Positions 10,468 to 20,038 of a DNA stretch of 64,000 nucleotides are shown piece after piece. Both the position numbers and the translations under genes were made by a program. The notes under the pieces are model-generated. The model saw nothing but the letters and a program-made list of their open reading frames with translations. It ran no database searches and was not told the origin of the DNA. Every line of letters starts with the position of its first letter. Position 1 is the stretch's first letter. This DNA is from Bdellovibrionota bacterium (GTDB lineage Bacteria > Bdellovibrionota_G > JALEGL01 > DATDPG01): NCBI GenBank assembly GCA_963668355.1, contig OY764265.1, positions 992,001-1,056,000 on the forward strand. Reading direction: 5' to 3'.

Positions 10468-11997
10468 ATGTCCACTAGTAGATTTTTGCCGGGGCTGCTC
10501 ACGCTTGCCCTGGTCATGCCCGCAACGCTGGCCATGGCCGAAGAAGCTGAAACCAAAGCAACTGAAACTGAAGAGGAAACCACCGTTTCCGACCTCGAAA
10601 AGCGGATTGAAAACCTTGAAAGTCGCGTAACCAAAACTGAAGTCAAGGACGCCAAAGACCGTTTGAACTTCACAGGAGACGCCAGGGTTCGATGGAATTC
10701 CATTCACGGGGAAACCGCCGCATATAATCAAATGACGTCGGCTGGAATGCTCCCCACCGCAAGCCAGAAATTCCACAACTGGAAACTCTATACTTTGCGT
10801 TTGAGACTCAACATGGACGCTCCAGTTTCCAAGAACATTAAGTTTCGAGGCCGCTTAGGCATGTACAAAGTGTTTGGGGATTCCACAGAGATGAGCATCT
10901 TTAATGGACAGCCCAACTCTTTCTATTTTGATGGCGAAGCCGCCCGCGTGCCTTACGGTTCCTCCCTAAAAGTCGAACGTGCGTATTTCGATTGGACCAA
11001 TATCGGTGGCACAAAATTTTATCTCTCTTTGGGTCGACGACCCTCTACAGATGGTGCCCCTGAACATCTGGAACAAAATGATGTTCGCCAAGGAAGCCCC
11101 ATGGCTCATACCATCAACTATGCGTTTGATGGCATGACGGTCGGGTATAAATTGGACGATTGGTTACCCGGTTCTGTCTTCAAATTCTGTTATGGCGTTG
11201 GTTACGAAAGCGGTTTCCGAAATGGTGACTTGCTCAGTGACGACAATGTGTTCAACAGCGTTTCGGGAGACGCACTCAAGGATACGGATTTTCTTGGAAT
11301 CAACTGGGATGTCATCAACGACGGAGAAACTCTGATTCAAACCCAACATGCCTTGGCTTTGAATCTCACCGATCTTTCTCCGGGACTTGCGGTATTTCCT
11401 TATGCCGTGGACCCTGCGACAGGACTTCCCTATAGCAATCCAACCACCATTCAACCGGTTCAACGCATGACCGCAACTCAAGATGTCGGCGACATTTACA
11501 TGGGAAGCCTCATGCTTCTTCGCAATGAGCTTGAGTTCGACTGGTTCGTTTCTGCTGCGTTAAGCCGAACCTTTGCCAAAGGCACATACTCAAACTATGG
11601 CTTTGGAGGAATGCTCTGTGATCAAGGCGGAACGTGTGATGATGAAACCGGTTGGTCGATTTGGACTGGATTGGTTTATCCCATCGAATCCATCAATACC
11701 AAAGTTGGCTTTGAATACAACTATGGTTCCAAGTATTGGGTTTCCTTCACGCAAGGGGCAGACGATATTGTTGGAAGCAAAATTGCGACACGCGGTCACG
11801 TGGCCGATGTGTTCACCATTTTTCAAATTTCGAAAAATGCTTTCATCAAGCTCAACTACCAATACTATAAGTACAATTTCAGCGGAAGCGGTTGGCATCT
11901 AGGGTTGCCGAAGAAACTCGACAACAATCCAAACATGCTCTTCCCCACAGCTGAACATGTACACAACATCCAAACCGCCATGCAGGTGAATTTCTAA
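10468..11997 (+). CDS. Outer-membrane beta-barrel protein, DUF3373-like putative porin
   Basis: Strong RBS GAGGAGG; signal peptide (LAMA-EE); N-terminal coiled coil; alternating beta-strand pattern; LGRRPSTDG, FEYNYGSKYW, KIATRG; C-terminal Phe (MQVNF). Confidence 0.8.
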   Translation: MSTSRFLPGLLTLALVMPATLAMAEEAETKATETEEETTVSDLEKRIENLESRVTKTEVKDAKDRLNFTGDARVRWNSIHGETAAYNQMTSAGMLPTASQKFHNWKLYTLRLRLNMDAPVSKNIKFRGRLGMYKVFGDSTEMSIFNGQPNSFYFDGEAARVPYGSSLKVERAYFDWTNIGGTKFYLSLGRRPSTDGAPEHLEQNDVRQGSPMAHTINYAFDGMTVGYKLDDWLPGSVFKFCYGVGYESGFRNGDLLSDDNVFNSVSGDALKDTDFLGINWDVINDGETLIQTQHALALNLTDLSPGLAVFPYAVDPATGLPYSNPTTIQPVQRMTATQDVGDIYMGSLMLLRNELEFDWFVSAALSRTFAKGTYSNYGFGGMLCDQGGTCDDETGWSIWTGLVYPIESINTKVGFEYNYGSKYWVSFTQGADDIVGSKIATRGHVADVFTIFQISKNAFIKLNYQYYKYNFSGSGWHLGLPKKLDNNPNMLFPTAEHVHNIQTAMQVNF

Positions 11998-12377
11998 TGG
12001 CTCGGTTGGGACAAATTCTTCTCATCGCCACCAGCATTTTGCTGGTGGCGGGGTTGGCCAGCAATTCTTATGCGGGACGAAAAGCCGAACGTTTAGGAAA
12101 AAGAGACTACAAGAAGTTTTGCCGAACATGTCACGATGGTTCGTACACCTCTCCTGATGGAAAAAAGGCCAGCAAATTGCAGCCCAATTCACTGGCTTCC
12201 AAGCAATGGGAAGATAAAATCAATAATAAGTATAAATCTGAGCACGAAAAGCTGACAGATCCCAAACATGACAATAAAAAAGTGTTGGATTTAGTCAGCG
12301 ACAAAAGCTTGAAAAATATTTTGGAGTTTCTGCGCACCCACGGTGCCGATTCCGATCAACCCGCAACTTGCGGATAA
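11997..12377 (+). CDS. Periplasmic monoheme cytochrome c
   Basis: Signal peptide (SYA-G); single CRTCH; start overlaps porin stop (TAATG). Confidence 0.85.
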   Translation: MARLGQILLIATSILLVAGLASNSYAGRKAERLGKRDYKKFCRTCHDGSYTSPDGKKASKLQPNSLASKQWEDKINNKYKSEHEKLTDPKHDNKKVLDLVSDKSLKNILEFLRTHGADSDQPATCG

Positions 12378-12410
12378 ATAAATCAACTTAACGAGAGGGG
12401 CACGAAACGC

Positions 12411-14498
12411 ATGCGTACCCAAGCTTTGGTATTTTTAACCGTATTTCTTGTGCCCCTTTCTCTTTTTGCCAAAACAGATCTTCATCCCCCTTTTCTCCTA
12501 TTAGATAAAACTGGCACACCCGTTTTTCAGAGCAAGAAACCCATCAGCACTCGGTTTTCATGTGGACCCTGCCACAATTACGACACCATCACCGATAGTT
12601 TTCACGTACAACAGGGGCGACGAGACTTTAATCGAGAGTCAGTCGTGGACGCTGGCCTGCCTTCGTATGCTTCTTCTCCAGGCATGTACGGTAAATATTG
12701 CTCCATGCCAAACCGACTCTTAACGGCCTTGGATGTAGAGTCCGTAGAAGATTTCGATCTGGGCGCACCAGAGTGGACTCGAAGTTGCGGAAGCTGTCAC
12801 CCTGGTGGAGGCCCGACTGAGATTGACGACAAGGGACGTCGGATGGACACCGTTGACCCGGCAACAACCGATCCCCTCGATATCTACTACCACATTTACA
12901 ACAAATCCACCGACACCCTCGAGACGTGGGATTGGCGAAAAAGTGGCGTCGTGGAAATGAATTGCTTCATGTGCCATATTTCAAGCTTCAACAATCATTT
13001 AAGAAAAGAGTTCATTAAGGAAGGGTACTTTAATGAAACCATCAACGCCTCACTTGTAGACTCTGGCGTCGTCGAGGAAGACGAAGAAACCTTAGAATTA
13101 AAATATGTTGAGGACTCTTTCGACGAAGCCGGATACCTCAAACCCGGAGTTTTAAAACTCCAAAAACCGACTGTCGAAAACTGTGCGGTTTGTCATGGGT
13201 TTGCCAAAGTCGGAGAGGGGGCCGAACAAATCGACCCCTATTTGCCGGGTGGAGATGTTAAGCGAGGAACAAAAAAAATGGGGCGCGTGTGGAGTTCAGC
13301 GCTCATCAAAGACTCTTCCAGCCAGATTCAAGATAAAGAAAAGTATGATTATCCTTGGGATGTACATGCGGCAAAAGGCTTGGTTTGTGTGGACTGCCAC
13401 TTCTCTCTGAACAATCCGGCTCGAATGATTCGGAAAACCGAGCCAAAACATTTAAAATTTCAACCCAAAGCCACTTCCTATGCAGAGTATTTGGCTCAGC
13501 CCAGTCATGATTTTGCAAAGGGAGGAACGTTTCCTGAGATGGTTCGCAATGAGACCGATTTCTCCATGCGTGACTGCACGGACTGTCACGACGCTCTTGC
13601 AGGACAACATTCCTGGCTTCCATACGCCGAACATCATTTTCGACATCTGAGCTGCGAGACCTGCCATATTCCTCGAAAGCATTTCTGGGCGTACAAACAA
13701 GTGGATATCGGAGTCGGGCCATCCGCCATTTCGAAAGCGCGTGGCATCGAAGACGGAGCTTACAAAAACAAGGAAGCAAAAATCTTTGGCTTCCAGCCTG
13801 CGTATATGCCCCGCATGGATCGTGAGGGAAATCGAAAAATCATCCCCGTGAACCCCATTTCTGCACTGATCTGGGCTGATTTCTCAAAAGATGAGCGACC
13901 AGCTTTCACAAGACATCTCAACGAGGCCTTCTATGAAAAAGACAAAGGCTTTGGGCGGGTACTGAGGCCGGAAGTCATTGAGGTTTTTGATGCCAACAAA
14001 GATGGAAAACTTTCGAACGAAGAAAAGCAAATCGACTCAAAAGAAAAAATGCTTTTTGCTCAGAAAAGGCTTAAGGCCGCCGGCCTTAAAGATCCCAGAT
14101 TGGTATTGGAGTTTATGCCCTTTGGTTTGGCACACAATATTGTGAAGAAAGCGGCGCTTCGAGAATGCACCGAGTGTCACACGAAAGACAGTCGTCTTCT
14201 GGAAGACGTAGAAATTTTTGATTACATTCCGCCAGAATACAAACCCGAATGTCGTTTCTGTGAAGCGCATAAAAAACACGCTCACCACAGCCTATTGGCA
14301 GAAAAGGATGGTGTGATGGTGTTTCATAATGCAGCCCTGTTAAAAGATTTCTATATTCTAGGTTCATCCCGTGTGATTTGGATCGAATGGTTGGGCTGGC
14401 TCGCCGTGATCGGAGCCACACTGGGAAGTTTAATGCACGGAATTGGGCGAATCCTGTTTGCTCGAAAAAGAAAAGGGGAGACTCATGAAGAACAATAA
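12411..14498 (+). CDS. Octaheme cytochrome c (OTR-like heme spacing) with C-terminal membrane anchor
   Basis: Signal peptide; eight CxxCH motifs (CGPCH, CGSCH, CFMCH, CAVCH, CVDCH, CTDCH, CETCH, CTECH); DVH before heme 5 and CETCHIP as in octaheme tetrathionate reductase-like proteins; C-terminal hydrophobic helix. Confidence 0.85.
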   Translation: MRTQALVFLTVFLVPLSLFAKTDLHPPFLLLDKTGTPVFQSKKPISTRFSCGPCHNYDTITDSFHVQQGRRDFNRESVVDAGLPSYASSPGMYGKYCSMPNRLLTALDVESVEDFDLGAPEWTRSCGSCHPGGGPTEIDDKGRRMDTVDPATTDPLDIYYHIYNKSTDTLETWDWRKSGVVEMNCFMCHISSFNNHLRKEFIKEGYFNETINASLVDSGVVEEDEETLELKYVEDSFDEAGYLKPGVLKLQKPTVENCAVCHGFAKVGEGAEQIDPYLPGGDVKRGTKKMGRVWSSALIKDSSSQIQDKEKYDYPWDVHAAKGLVCVDCHFSLNNPARMIRKTEPKHLKFQPKATSYAEYLAQPSHDFAKGGTFPEMVRNETDFSMRDCTDCHDALAGQHSWLPYAEHHFRHLSCETCHIPRKHFWAYKQVDIGVGPSAISKARGIEDGAYKNKEAKIFGFQPAYMPRMDREGNRKIIPVNPISALIWADFSKDERPAFTRHLNEAFYEKDKGFGRVLRPEVIEVFDANKDGKLSNEEKQIDSKEKMLFAQKRLKAAGLKDPRLVLEFMPFGLAHNIVKKAALRECTECHTKDSRLLEDVEIFDYIPPEYKPECRFCEAHKKHAHHSLLAEKDGVMVFHNAALLKDFYILGSSRVIWIEWLGWLAVIGATLGSLMHGIGRILFARKRKGETHEEQ

Positions 14499-15117
14499 AT
14501 CGTTCACAGAGTTTTACACACTCTCAGAACGAGTTTGGCATTGGGCTCAAGCCCTCCTCATGATTCTTTTAATTCTCACTGGCCTTAACATGCATTACCC
14601 AGAGCGGTTTGCTCTTTTTGGTCGGATGGAAATTGCCGTGCGATTGCACTCGGCTCTTGCTTTTATTTTGTTGGCCAATGCCTTCCTGGGTTTATTTTAT
14701 CAACTCTCGACCTCTGGCTTGCGAAAATACATTCCCATGCCGATGGATTTTACGAGAGGTAGCCTAGAACAAATCAAGTACTATCTCTGGGGTATTTTTC
14801 GAGGGGCTCCGCATCCTTATGAGCGAACGCGCGAGAAGAGATTAAACCCGTTGCAAAAGATTACATACTTCGCTCTGTTAAACATCCTGCTTCCCTTTCA
14901 AATTCTTACAGGAATATTGTGTTGGGGATCCACTCGGTGGCCTGAAACCTTCAATTCACTCGGAGGATTAAATATATTGGCTCCGGCTCATACGCTGGGC
15001 TCCTATTTCTTTTTGGCTTTTCTCATCGGGCATATTTACCTCACCACCACAGGAGACACCCCGATGAGCAACATCAAAGCCATGATCACCGGAAAAGAAG
15101 AAGTCCACGACGAGTAA
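14485..15117 (+). CDS. Diheme cytochrome b (FdnI/PhsC/HyaC-like, cytochrome b/b6 domain) membrane subunit
   Basis: ATG 14485 after GGGGAG; ERVWHW, NPLQKITY, GHIYL..., AMITG; four TM segments containing His. Confidence 0.88.
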   Translation: MKNNKSFTEFYTLSERVWHWAQALLMILLILTGLNMHYPERFALFGRMEIAVRLHSALAFILLANAFLGLFYQLSTSGLRKYIPMPMDFTRGSLEQIKYYLWGIFRGAPHPYERTREKRLNPLQKITYFALLNILLPFQILTGILCWGSTRWPETFNSLGGLNILAPAHTLGSYFFLAFLIGHIYLTTTGDTPMSNIKAMITGKEEVHDE

Positions 15118-15165
15118 ACTTTCTTATCTAAGATGGCCGGGGCCCATCACCCAAAACATAGGCAT

Positions 15166-15197
15166 AAAAAAAGGGCGACCAAAATGGCCGCCCTTTT
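15166..15197 (-). terminator. Intrinsic terminator, possibly bidirectional, between the convergent cytochrome b and beta-barrel genes
   Basis: Minus strand AAAAGGGCGGCC-ATTTT-GGTCGCCC followed by T7 (one G-U pair); T4 tail on the plus strand. Confidence 0.8.
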
Positions 15198-15219
15198 AAG
15201 CGTTTAAACTATTTCTAGC

Positions 15220-15738
15220 TTAGAAATAGTAGTGGACGCCCCAGTTGAATCCACCGCCGATTGTGCTCAGGCGCATGAATTTGGTGTTCTGGGTTGCGTA
15301 GTCCATAAGAAGACCTACGTCAGCCGTGAAACCAAGTTCTGGAAGTCCAGCAAAACTCCACTCAAATCCCAGGGGAACTTCAAAGCGGAGAAGATACTCA
15401 GCTGCACTGGTTTTGTTCCAGAGCAAACCAATTTTAAGACCGGTGTAGAAATCTGAATTCTCATTTTCTACGAGGTCATATTCAAGGCCGAGGCCCACGT
15501 TGAACATATCATCAGCTGCATCTTTGGTGATTTTGTCAAAACCAAATGCAAATTGAACTTTCATGTTCGAAGCCATGCCATATTTGACAGACCAAGAACC
15601 AAGGCTCGTGCCCAGGTTTTCACCCATAAAAGCTTGCTGATAACCAAGTCCGATATTACCGGTGCGATCGATTGCAGAGGCTGTACTGACCGCCCCGGCG
15701 ACTGCTACTACAGAAATCAAAGTAAACAACTTCTTCAT
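15220..15738 (-). CDS. Small outer-membrane beta-barrel protein
   Basis: GGAGG RBS; signal peptide (ASA-ID); amphipathic strands; C-terminal WGVHYYF. Confidence 0.75.
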   Translation of the reverse strand: MKKLFTLISVVAVAGAVSTASAIDRTGNIGLGYQQAFMGENLGTSLGSWSVKYGMASNMKVQFAFGFDKITKDAADDMFNVGLGLEYDLVENENSDFYTGLKIGLLWNKTSAAEYLLRFEVPLGFEWSFAGLPELGFTADVGLLMDYATQNTKFMRLSTIGGGFNWGVHYYF

Positions 15739-16085
15739 AGTCGTTTAACCTCCAAAATTCGATTGAAAGATAAGGCATCGAAGCACAATGCCCCGACACG
15801 CATGTAATCATTCCAGCCAAAATTCAATTTGTCTAGGAAAACAATACCTTACAAAATTGCGAGATTCGTTCGCCGCAAAACGTCGAGAAATCACCGGTTT
15901 GCTGGCAATGCCAAGCGTTAAATTGGTGCGTCGCATAAAAATTTTTTTTCTTTCGTTGAGACGTTTATGCCGAGACACGTTCTTCCCTTTTCGCGTTTTC
16001 AACATCGTTTCAAGACAGTGAAATTCTTAACCTCTTGTTTTAAAAGGGTTTTTTGCCACTCCGAAAAGAAGGCTTTTGATTTTCA

Positions 16086-16101
16086 TGGTACTTAATTTGC
16101 A
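16086..16101 (+). promoter_or_regulatory. Putative sigma-54 (-24/-12) promoter for the S41 peptidase gene
   Basis: TGGTACTTAATTTGCA: GG-N10-GC with TTGCA at -12, 37 nt upstream of ATG 16139. Confidence 0.55.
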
Positions 16102-16138
16102 GGGTCTGGAGAGTGAGGCATAGCTTAAGCGGAACCAC

Positions 16139-17923
16139 ATGAATTGTTTTAATGTAAATCACCCAATGACTCGTTGCATGGTTTTGGTCCTGCTTTGCCT
16201 TGCGAGTTTGCCTTCCTGCTCAAAATCCAATCCTCAAGTTTCCTCTCAGGCCCATAAAACCAACTCGGATTCTTCATTTTTAAATGGCGACGATCCTGAG
16301 AGATCTACACATTCGCCGTCTTCATATAAAACCCTGCTGACCTCGGTTCAACAAGATGCGTGCAAACAATTTTTTACGATCATTGATGAATCTCTCAACA
16401 TTCATCTCGCTTATGAAACCTCGGATCGAACGGCCCTTCTCGCACAAACGATGGAAAAAATCTCTTCCATCGAGATTGAACCTTTTGAACGAAGGGAAAA
16501 AGTCAGAACCGCATTGAATCACGTGACCGGAACGCCAGGAAAAGAGTTGGAAGATTGTGAATCTTTGATCCAATTAAAAAACTCATCTCCCTGGACACTC
16601 GAGTCAAATGAAGATCCGCTGGTTTCGATTCTTCGACGCATGCTCAACTTTTTCTTTTTTTCAATTGATGTGCAGTCCAATTACTTCGATCCTCTGGAAA
16701 CGCAAAAGCTCACCAGCGCAACAGCTTTTGGAACAGGCATTATCTTAAATGAACGGACCGACTACAAAATCGGAAGAACAGAAGATTGGCAACCTGCGTA
16801 TCTCGTCACCAAAGGAATGTATCCCTCTGAAAATGCCAACATCACTTTCATCCCGCCAAATACGCGTATTTGGGAAATTGAAGATCTCGAAAAAAACGAC
16901 GGCACGATGTTGCCCATTCGGGGGATGACGTACAAAGAAGCCTTTCGCCGCTTGAATCAAATTCACCCGAAGCCCATCCGCCCAACATTGAACATTACGG
17001 CATCCTTTCCAAACCAAGAGAAAAAAATTTTTTCCGTATTTTTGAGAAATTATGTGAGGACTTTTGCGTGGAGTGAAACTCTACAAACCCAAAAAGGGGA
17101 AGTCTTTCACATCAAACTGACCAGTTTTTCTGAAGGACTCAATGATCAATTACTCAAAGAATGGCTTTCTCTATTGGGAAAGGCAAAAAAATATCCGTCC
17201 GAACCGGGCATCATATTGGACTTGAGGGGTAATCTGGGAGGGCACCTTTCGGAGGTAAAGAACATTGCCGAATCGCTATTGCCTCTCGGATCCATCATTA
17301 CGCATATACAAGAAAAAGGGGAGAACCCGATTCCCATCAAAACCGAAAAAGCTCCGATACATTTTGAAACGCCTTTAAAACTTTTGGTTTTGGTTGACTC
17401 TGGATCCGCCAGTGCCTCTGAAATCTTGGCCGCTGCCTTGGAAGACAATCAGTATGCGATTGTCCTCGGAGAACATACTTGGGGGAAAGGCGTCGGCCAG
17501 GTTTTCGTGCCCCTTCCTGCTCCCTTGGGGGGTTCGATTCAAGTGACCAATCGCTATTATTTTTCTCCAAAAGGGAAATCTCACCGCTGGGATGGTTTGG
17601 AACCGACCGTTTTTGTGCGCGACAGAATCAATGACGAAATGAGAAAAGAGTCCTCTACGGGATTTACGCTCTCGGACATCGTTGAAAGAGGGACTTTCAC
17701 CATGGCCATTCCAAAACCTTTGTCTGCAGATGTGGATTTCTTCCCCCCTCTCACCGCTCCCTTCAACGACGAATCCGTTCGAAAAATTCACCACCTCCAA
17801 GAAGATCTAGCCATTCCAGAGCCAGAATCTTGCCAACGAATGCCGAACGACCCAGAGTTTAAAGAAGAGGACGATTGCTTATTGGATTGGGCGTTGGCCT
17901 ACTTCGACCAACTCAAGCGTTGA
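16139..17923 (+). CDS. S41-family (CtpA/Prc-like) C-terminal processing peptidase, probable lipoprotein
   Basis: LPSC lipobox-like; DLRGNLGG, SASASEILAAAL, GEHTWGKG, YFSPKG. Confidence 0.88.
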   Translation: MNCFNVNHPMTRCMVLVLLCLASLPSCSKSNPQVSSQAHKTNSDSSFLNGDDPERSTHSPSSYKTLLTSVQQDACKQFFTIIDESLNIHLAYETSDRTALLAQTMEKISSIEIEPFERREKVRTALNHVTGTPGKELEDCESLIQLKNSSPWTLESNEDPLVSILRRMLNFFFFSIDVQSNYFDPLETQKLTSATAFGTGIILNERTDYKIGRTEDWQPAYLVTKGMYPSENANITFIPPNTRIWEIEDLEKNDGTMLPIRGMTYKEAFRRLNQIHPKPIRPTLNITASFPNQEKKIFSVFLRNYVRTFAWSETLQTQKGEVFHIKLTSFSEGLNDQLLKEWLSLLGKAKKYPSEPGIILDLRGNLGGHLSEVKNIAESLLPLGSIITHIQEKGENPIPIKTEKAPIHFETPLKLLVLVDSGSASASEILAAALEDNQYAIVLGEHTWGKGVGQVFVPLPAPLGGSIQVTNRYYFSPKGKSHRWDGLEPTVFVRDRINDEMRKESSTGFTLSDIVERGTFTMAIPKPLSADVDFFPPLTAPFNDESVRKIHHLQEDLAIPEPESCQRMPNDPEFKEEDDCLLDWALAYFDQLKR

Positions 17924-17932
17924 AATAAGCGT

Positions 17933-18886
17933 CTAGATTCGAGAAAACAAATAAAGCAGATATCCCCCATAACTCATCAAAAGAATCAGCCCTGATGGAC
18001 GACTTAGTTGCTGACGCGTTTTCATCAATGCAAAGAGCAGTAAGGTAATTGCCACCATCCACCAAACATCCACTTTCGCCAAGGCTTGATCAACCTGAAG
18101 GGGTAACACCAAAGAAGCAGAACCCAATACCCATAAAATATTGAGAAGATTGGATCCAATGATGTTTCCAATGGCAATGTCGTCATGCTTTCGAATGGCA
18201 GCTATTGCCGAAGCAGCGAATTCCGGCAATCCGGTTCCAGCGCTCACGATGGTTAATCCAATGATCCGTTCACTGACCCCAAACATTTCCGCCAAATCTA
18301 CCGCACCCCGAATCATCCACTTTGCCCCCAATGTCAAAAGGAACATTCCGGTTAAAACCCAAAACAGAGCTTTTTTGAGGTTAATCTTTTCTCCGGTAGC
18401 GGGTGCTTTTAAGCGCTCTTCCAAAGACTCCTTCCAAGCCAGATGACCTCGAAAAAACAAGAAGACGGCCAGAAACGCCAACAGTACCCCGCCCTCCCAT
18501 CGTACAAGATCGCGATCTAAAAAAAGTAACGCCAACCCCAAAGAGGCCAGAAACAAAGCCGGCCATTCGAGGTTCGTTGCGATGCGATGAACCTTCAGCG
18601 GTCGAAAAAGCGCACAAACGCCCAGAATTGCACAAATGTTGAAAATGTTGGATCCAATCACATTGGCCGCGGCAAGATCTGCTTGTTTTTGAAGAGCCGC
18701 CAACATGCTAACCACGAATTCAGGTGCCGATGTGCCAAAGGCAACCACCGTTAAACCCGCAACAGCAGTACTGATTTTAAAGGCTCTGGACAGTTCAACC
18801 GCGCCACGAACCAGAAGATCTCCTCCAAAGGCCAGACCCACCAAACCAACCAACAATGCAACCACAGCAAACATGTTCCCTAGCAT
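17933..18886 (-). CDS. Ca2+/Na+ antiporter (YrbG/CaCA family)
   Basis: Duplicated alpha-repeats GTSAPE...GSNIFN and GTGLPE...GSNLLN; about 10 TM helices. Confidence 0.92.
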   Translation of the reverse strand: MLGNMFAVVALLVGLVGLAFGGDLLVRGAVELSRAFKISTAVAGLTVVAFGTSAPEFVVSMLAALQKQADLAAANVIGSNIFNICAILGVCALFRPLKVHRIATNLEWPALFLASLGLALLFLDRDLVRWEGGVLLAFLAVFLFFRGHLAWKESLEERLKAPATGEKINLKKALFWVLTGMFLLTLGAKWMIRGAVDLAEMFGVSERIIGLTIVSAGTGLPEFAASAIAAIRKHDDIAIGNIIGSNLLNILWVLGSASLVLPLQVDQALAKVDVWWMVAITLLLFALMKTRQQLSRPSGLILLMSYGGYLLYLFSRI

Positions 18887-19041
18887 CTATAGATTTCCCC
18901 TTTTTGCAACTAGGAATCGGCTTGACTTTGGAACCTATCCCAGACTATACCTGCCCCACTCGTCAGGAACTGCGCGGTGAGTCTCAAGATAGACCCGCCC
19001 CCGTTTGTTTTCTCAATTGATATCCCTTTAAAGGAGTTGTA

Positions 19042-19566
19042 ATGAAGTTCCGCGATCCATTGGATGAGCCAAAATTTAACCGTGAACCGGAAGACCGGGA
19101 AAAGCTTTCTTGGAGTGATGTTGACAAGCGAAGGAATCGCAGCCGCCACGTCATTCAGGAAGAAAGACCCATTCCAAAGTTCAAAGCTTTCGCAAATAAA
19201 CGTGCAGAAACCAAAGCCAAACAAGCTTTGAATGAGCTTTTCCAAGGAAAAAAATCGAAAGAACAAACCACCGCTTGGAAAAAAGTCACCGAAGGAACCG
19301 GGACCACGTTTTCGACCCGAGCCTCCAATTATGTTGAAAAATTTGGCCTTCCTCGTGAATGGGATGACCTGCTTCGACTCTTGGATCATGATGAGGCTGA
19401 TTTCGTGATACGCATTTTGGACCGCATGATGGAATTAGCACCGAACGAAACGGAAGTTCGCCGGGATTTGTTGGTCGGAAAATTGCGCATCCTTCGCATG
19501 GAACGAGAAGAACCCCCTGTGCTGAGTAAAATTGAAAGCTCTATCGCTTCCCTTCAGGACTCCTGA
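19042..19566 (+). CDS. Hypothetical cytoplasmic protein
   Basis: AAGGAG RBS; 174-aa ORF; stop overlaps the next start (TGATG). Confidence 0.7.
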   Translation: MKFRDPLDEPKFNREPEDREKLSWSDVDKRRNRSRHVIQEERPIPKFKAFANKRAETKAKQALNELFQGKKSKEQTTAWKKVTEGTGTTFSTRASNYVEKFGLPREWDDLLRLLDHDEADFVIRILDRMMELAPNETEVRRDLLVGKLRILRMEREEPPVLSKIESSIASLQDS

Positions 19567-19943
19567 TGCTCTCATCTCTGACGTCCTTAGCGGCTCGCGG
19601 ATGTTTGGCGTATTTCTTTCTGTACTTGGGCTATCATCACTTGCTGGCAAAGGGACCTACGATGGATGTCCTGATCAGCCATCGCGTTCCAATGTCCGGT
19701 GTGATTTATATCGGGTTGCTGGTCTTTGAACTCTTGGGCGGTTTGTTGATTCTCATGGGAAGTCGTTGCCGCCTCGCCGCTTTTTTCCTTTCTCTATATT
19801 GGATGGCCGTCATGATTCCATTTGGCAATCTCTTGTCCCCTCTTTTGGGTCATGTCAGCTTCATGCTTTTCCTGGCTGTTTTCGGCGGACTCCTCCATGT
19901 CATGGCCTTGGGCGGAGGCCGCATCAGCTTCGATCGAATGTAA
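19566..19943 (+). CDS. DoxX-family membrane protein
   Basis: Four TM segments; FELLGGLLILMG...RLAA, GGGRISFD. Confidence 0.75.
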   Translation: MLSSLTSLAARGCLAYFFLYLGYHHLLAKGPTMDVLISHRVPMSGVIYIGLLVFELLGGLLILMGSRCRLAAFFLSLYWMAVMIPFGNLLSPLLGHVSFMLFLAVFGGLLHVMALGGGRISFDRM

Positions 19944-20038
19944 AAAACCTTTTTTACTGTTTTGTCGCCGTCCACACACTTTGGAAACATGAATTTTTCC
20001 GAGCAGGGGAGAGCTTTTTTTGAAATACTCGAACCGCA

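Noticed and set aside
14250..14270. CRFC counted as a ninth canonical heme site
   Set aside because: Not followed directly by His; kept only as a possible non-canonical site
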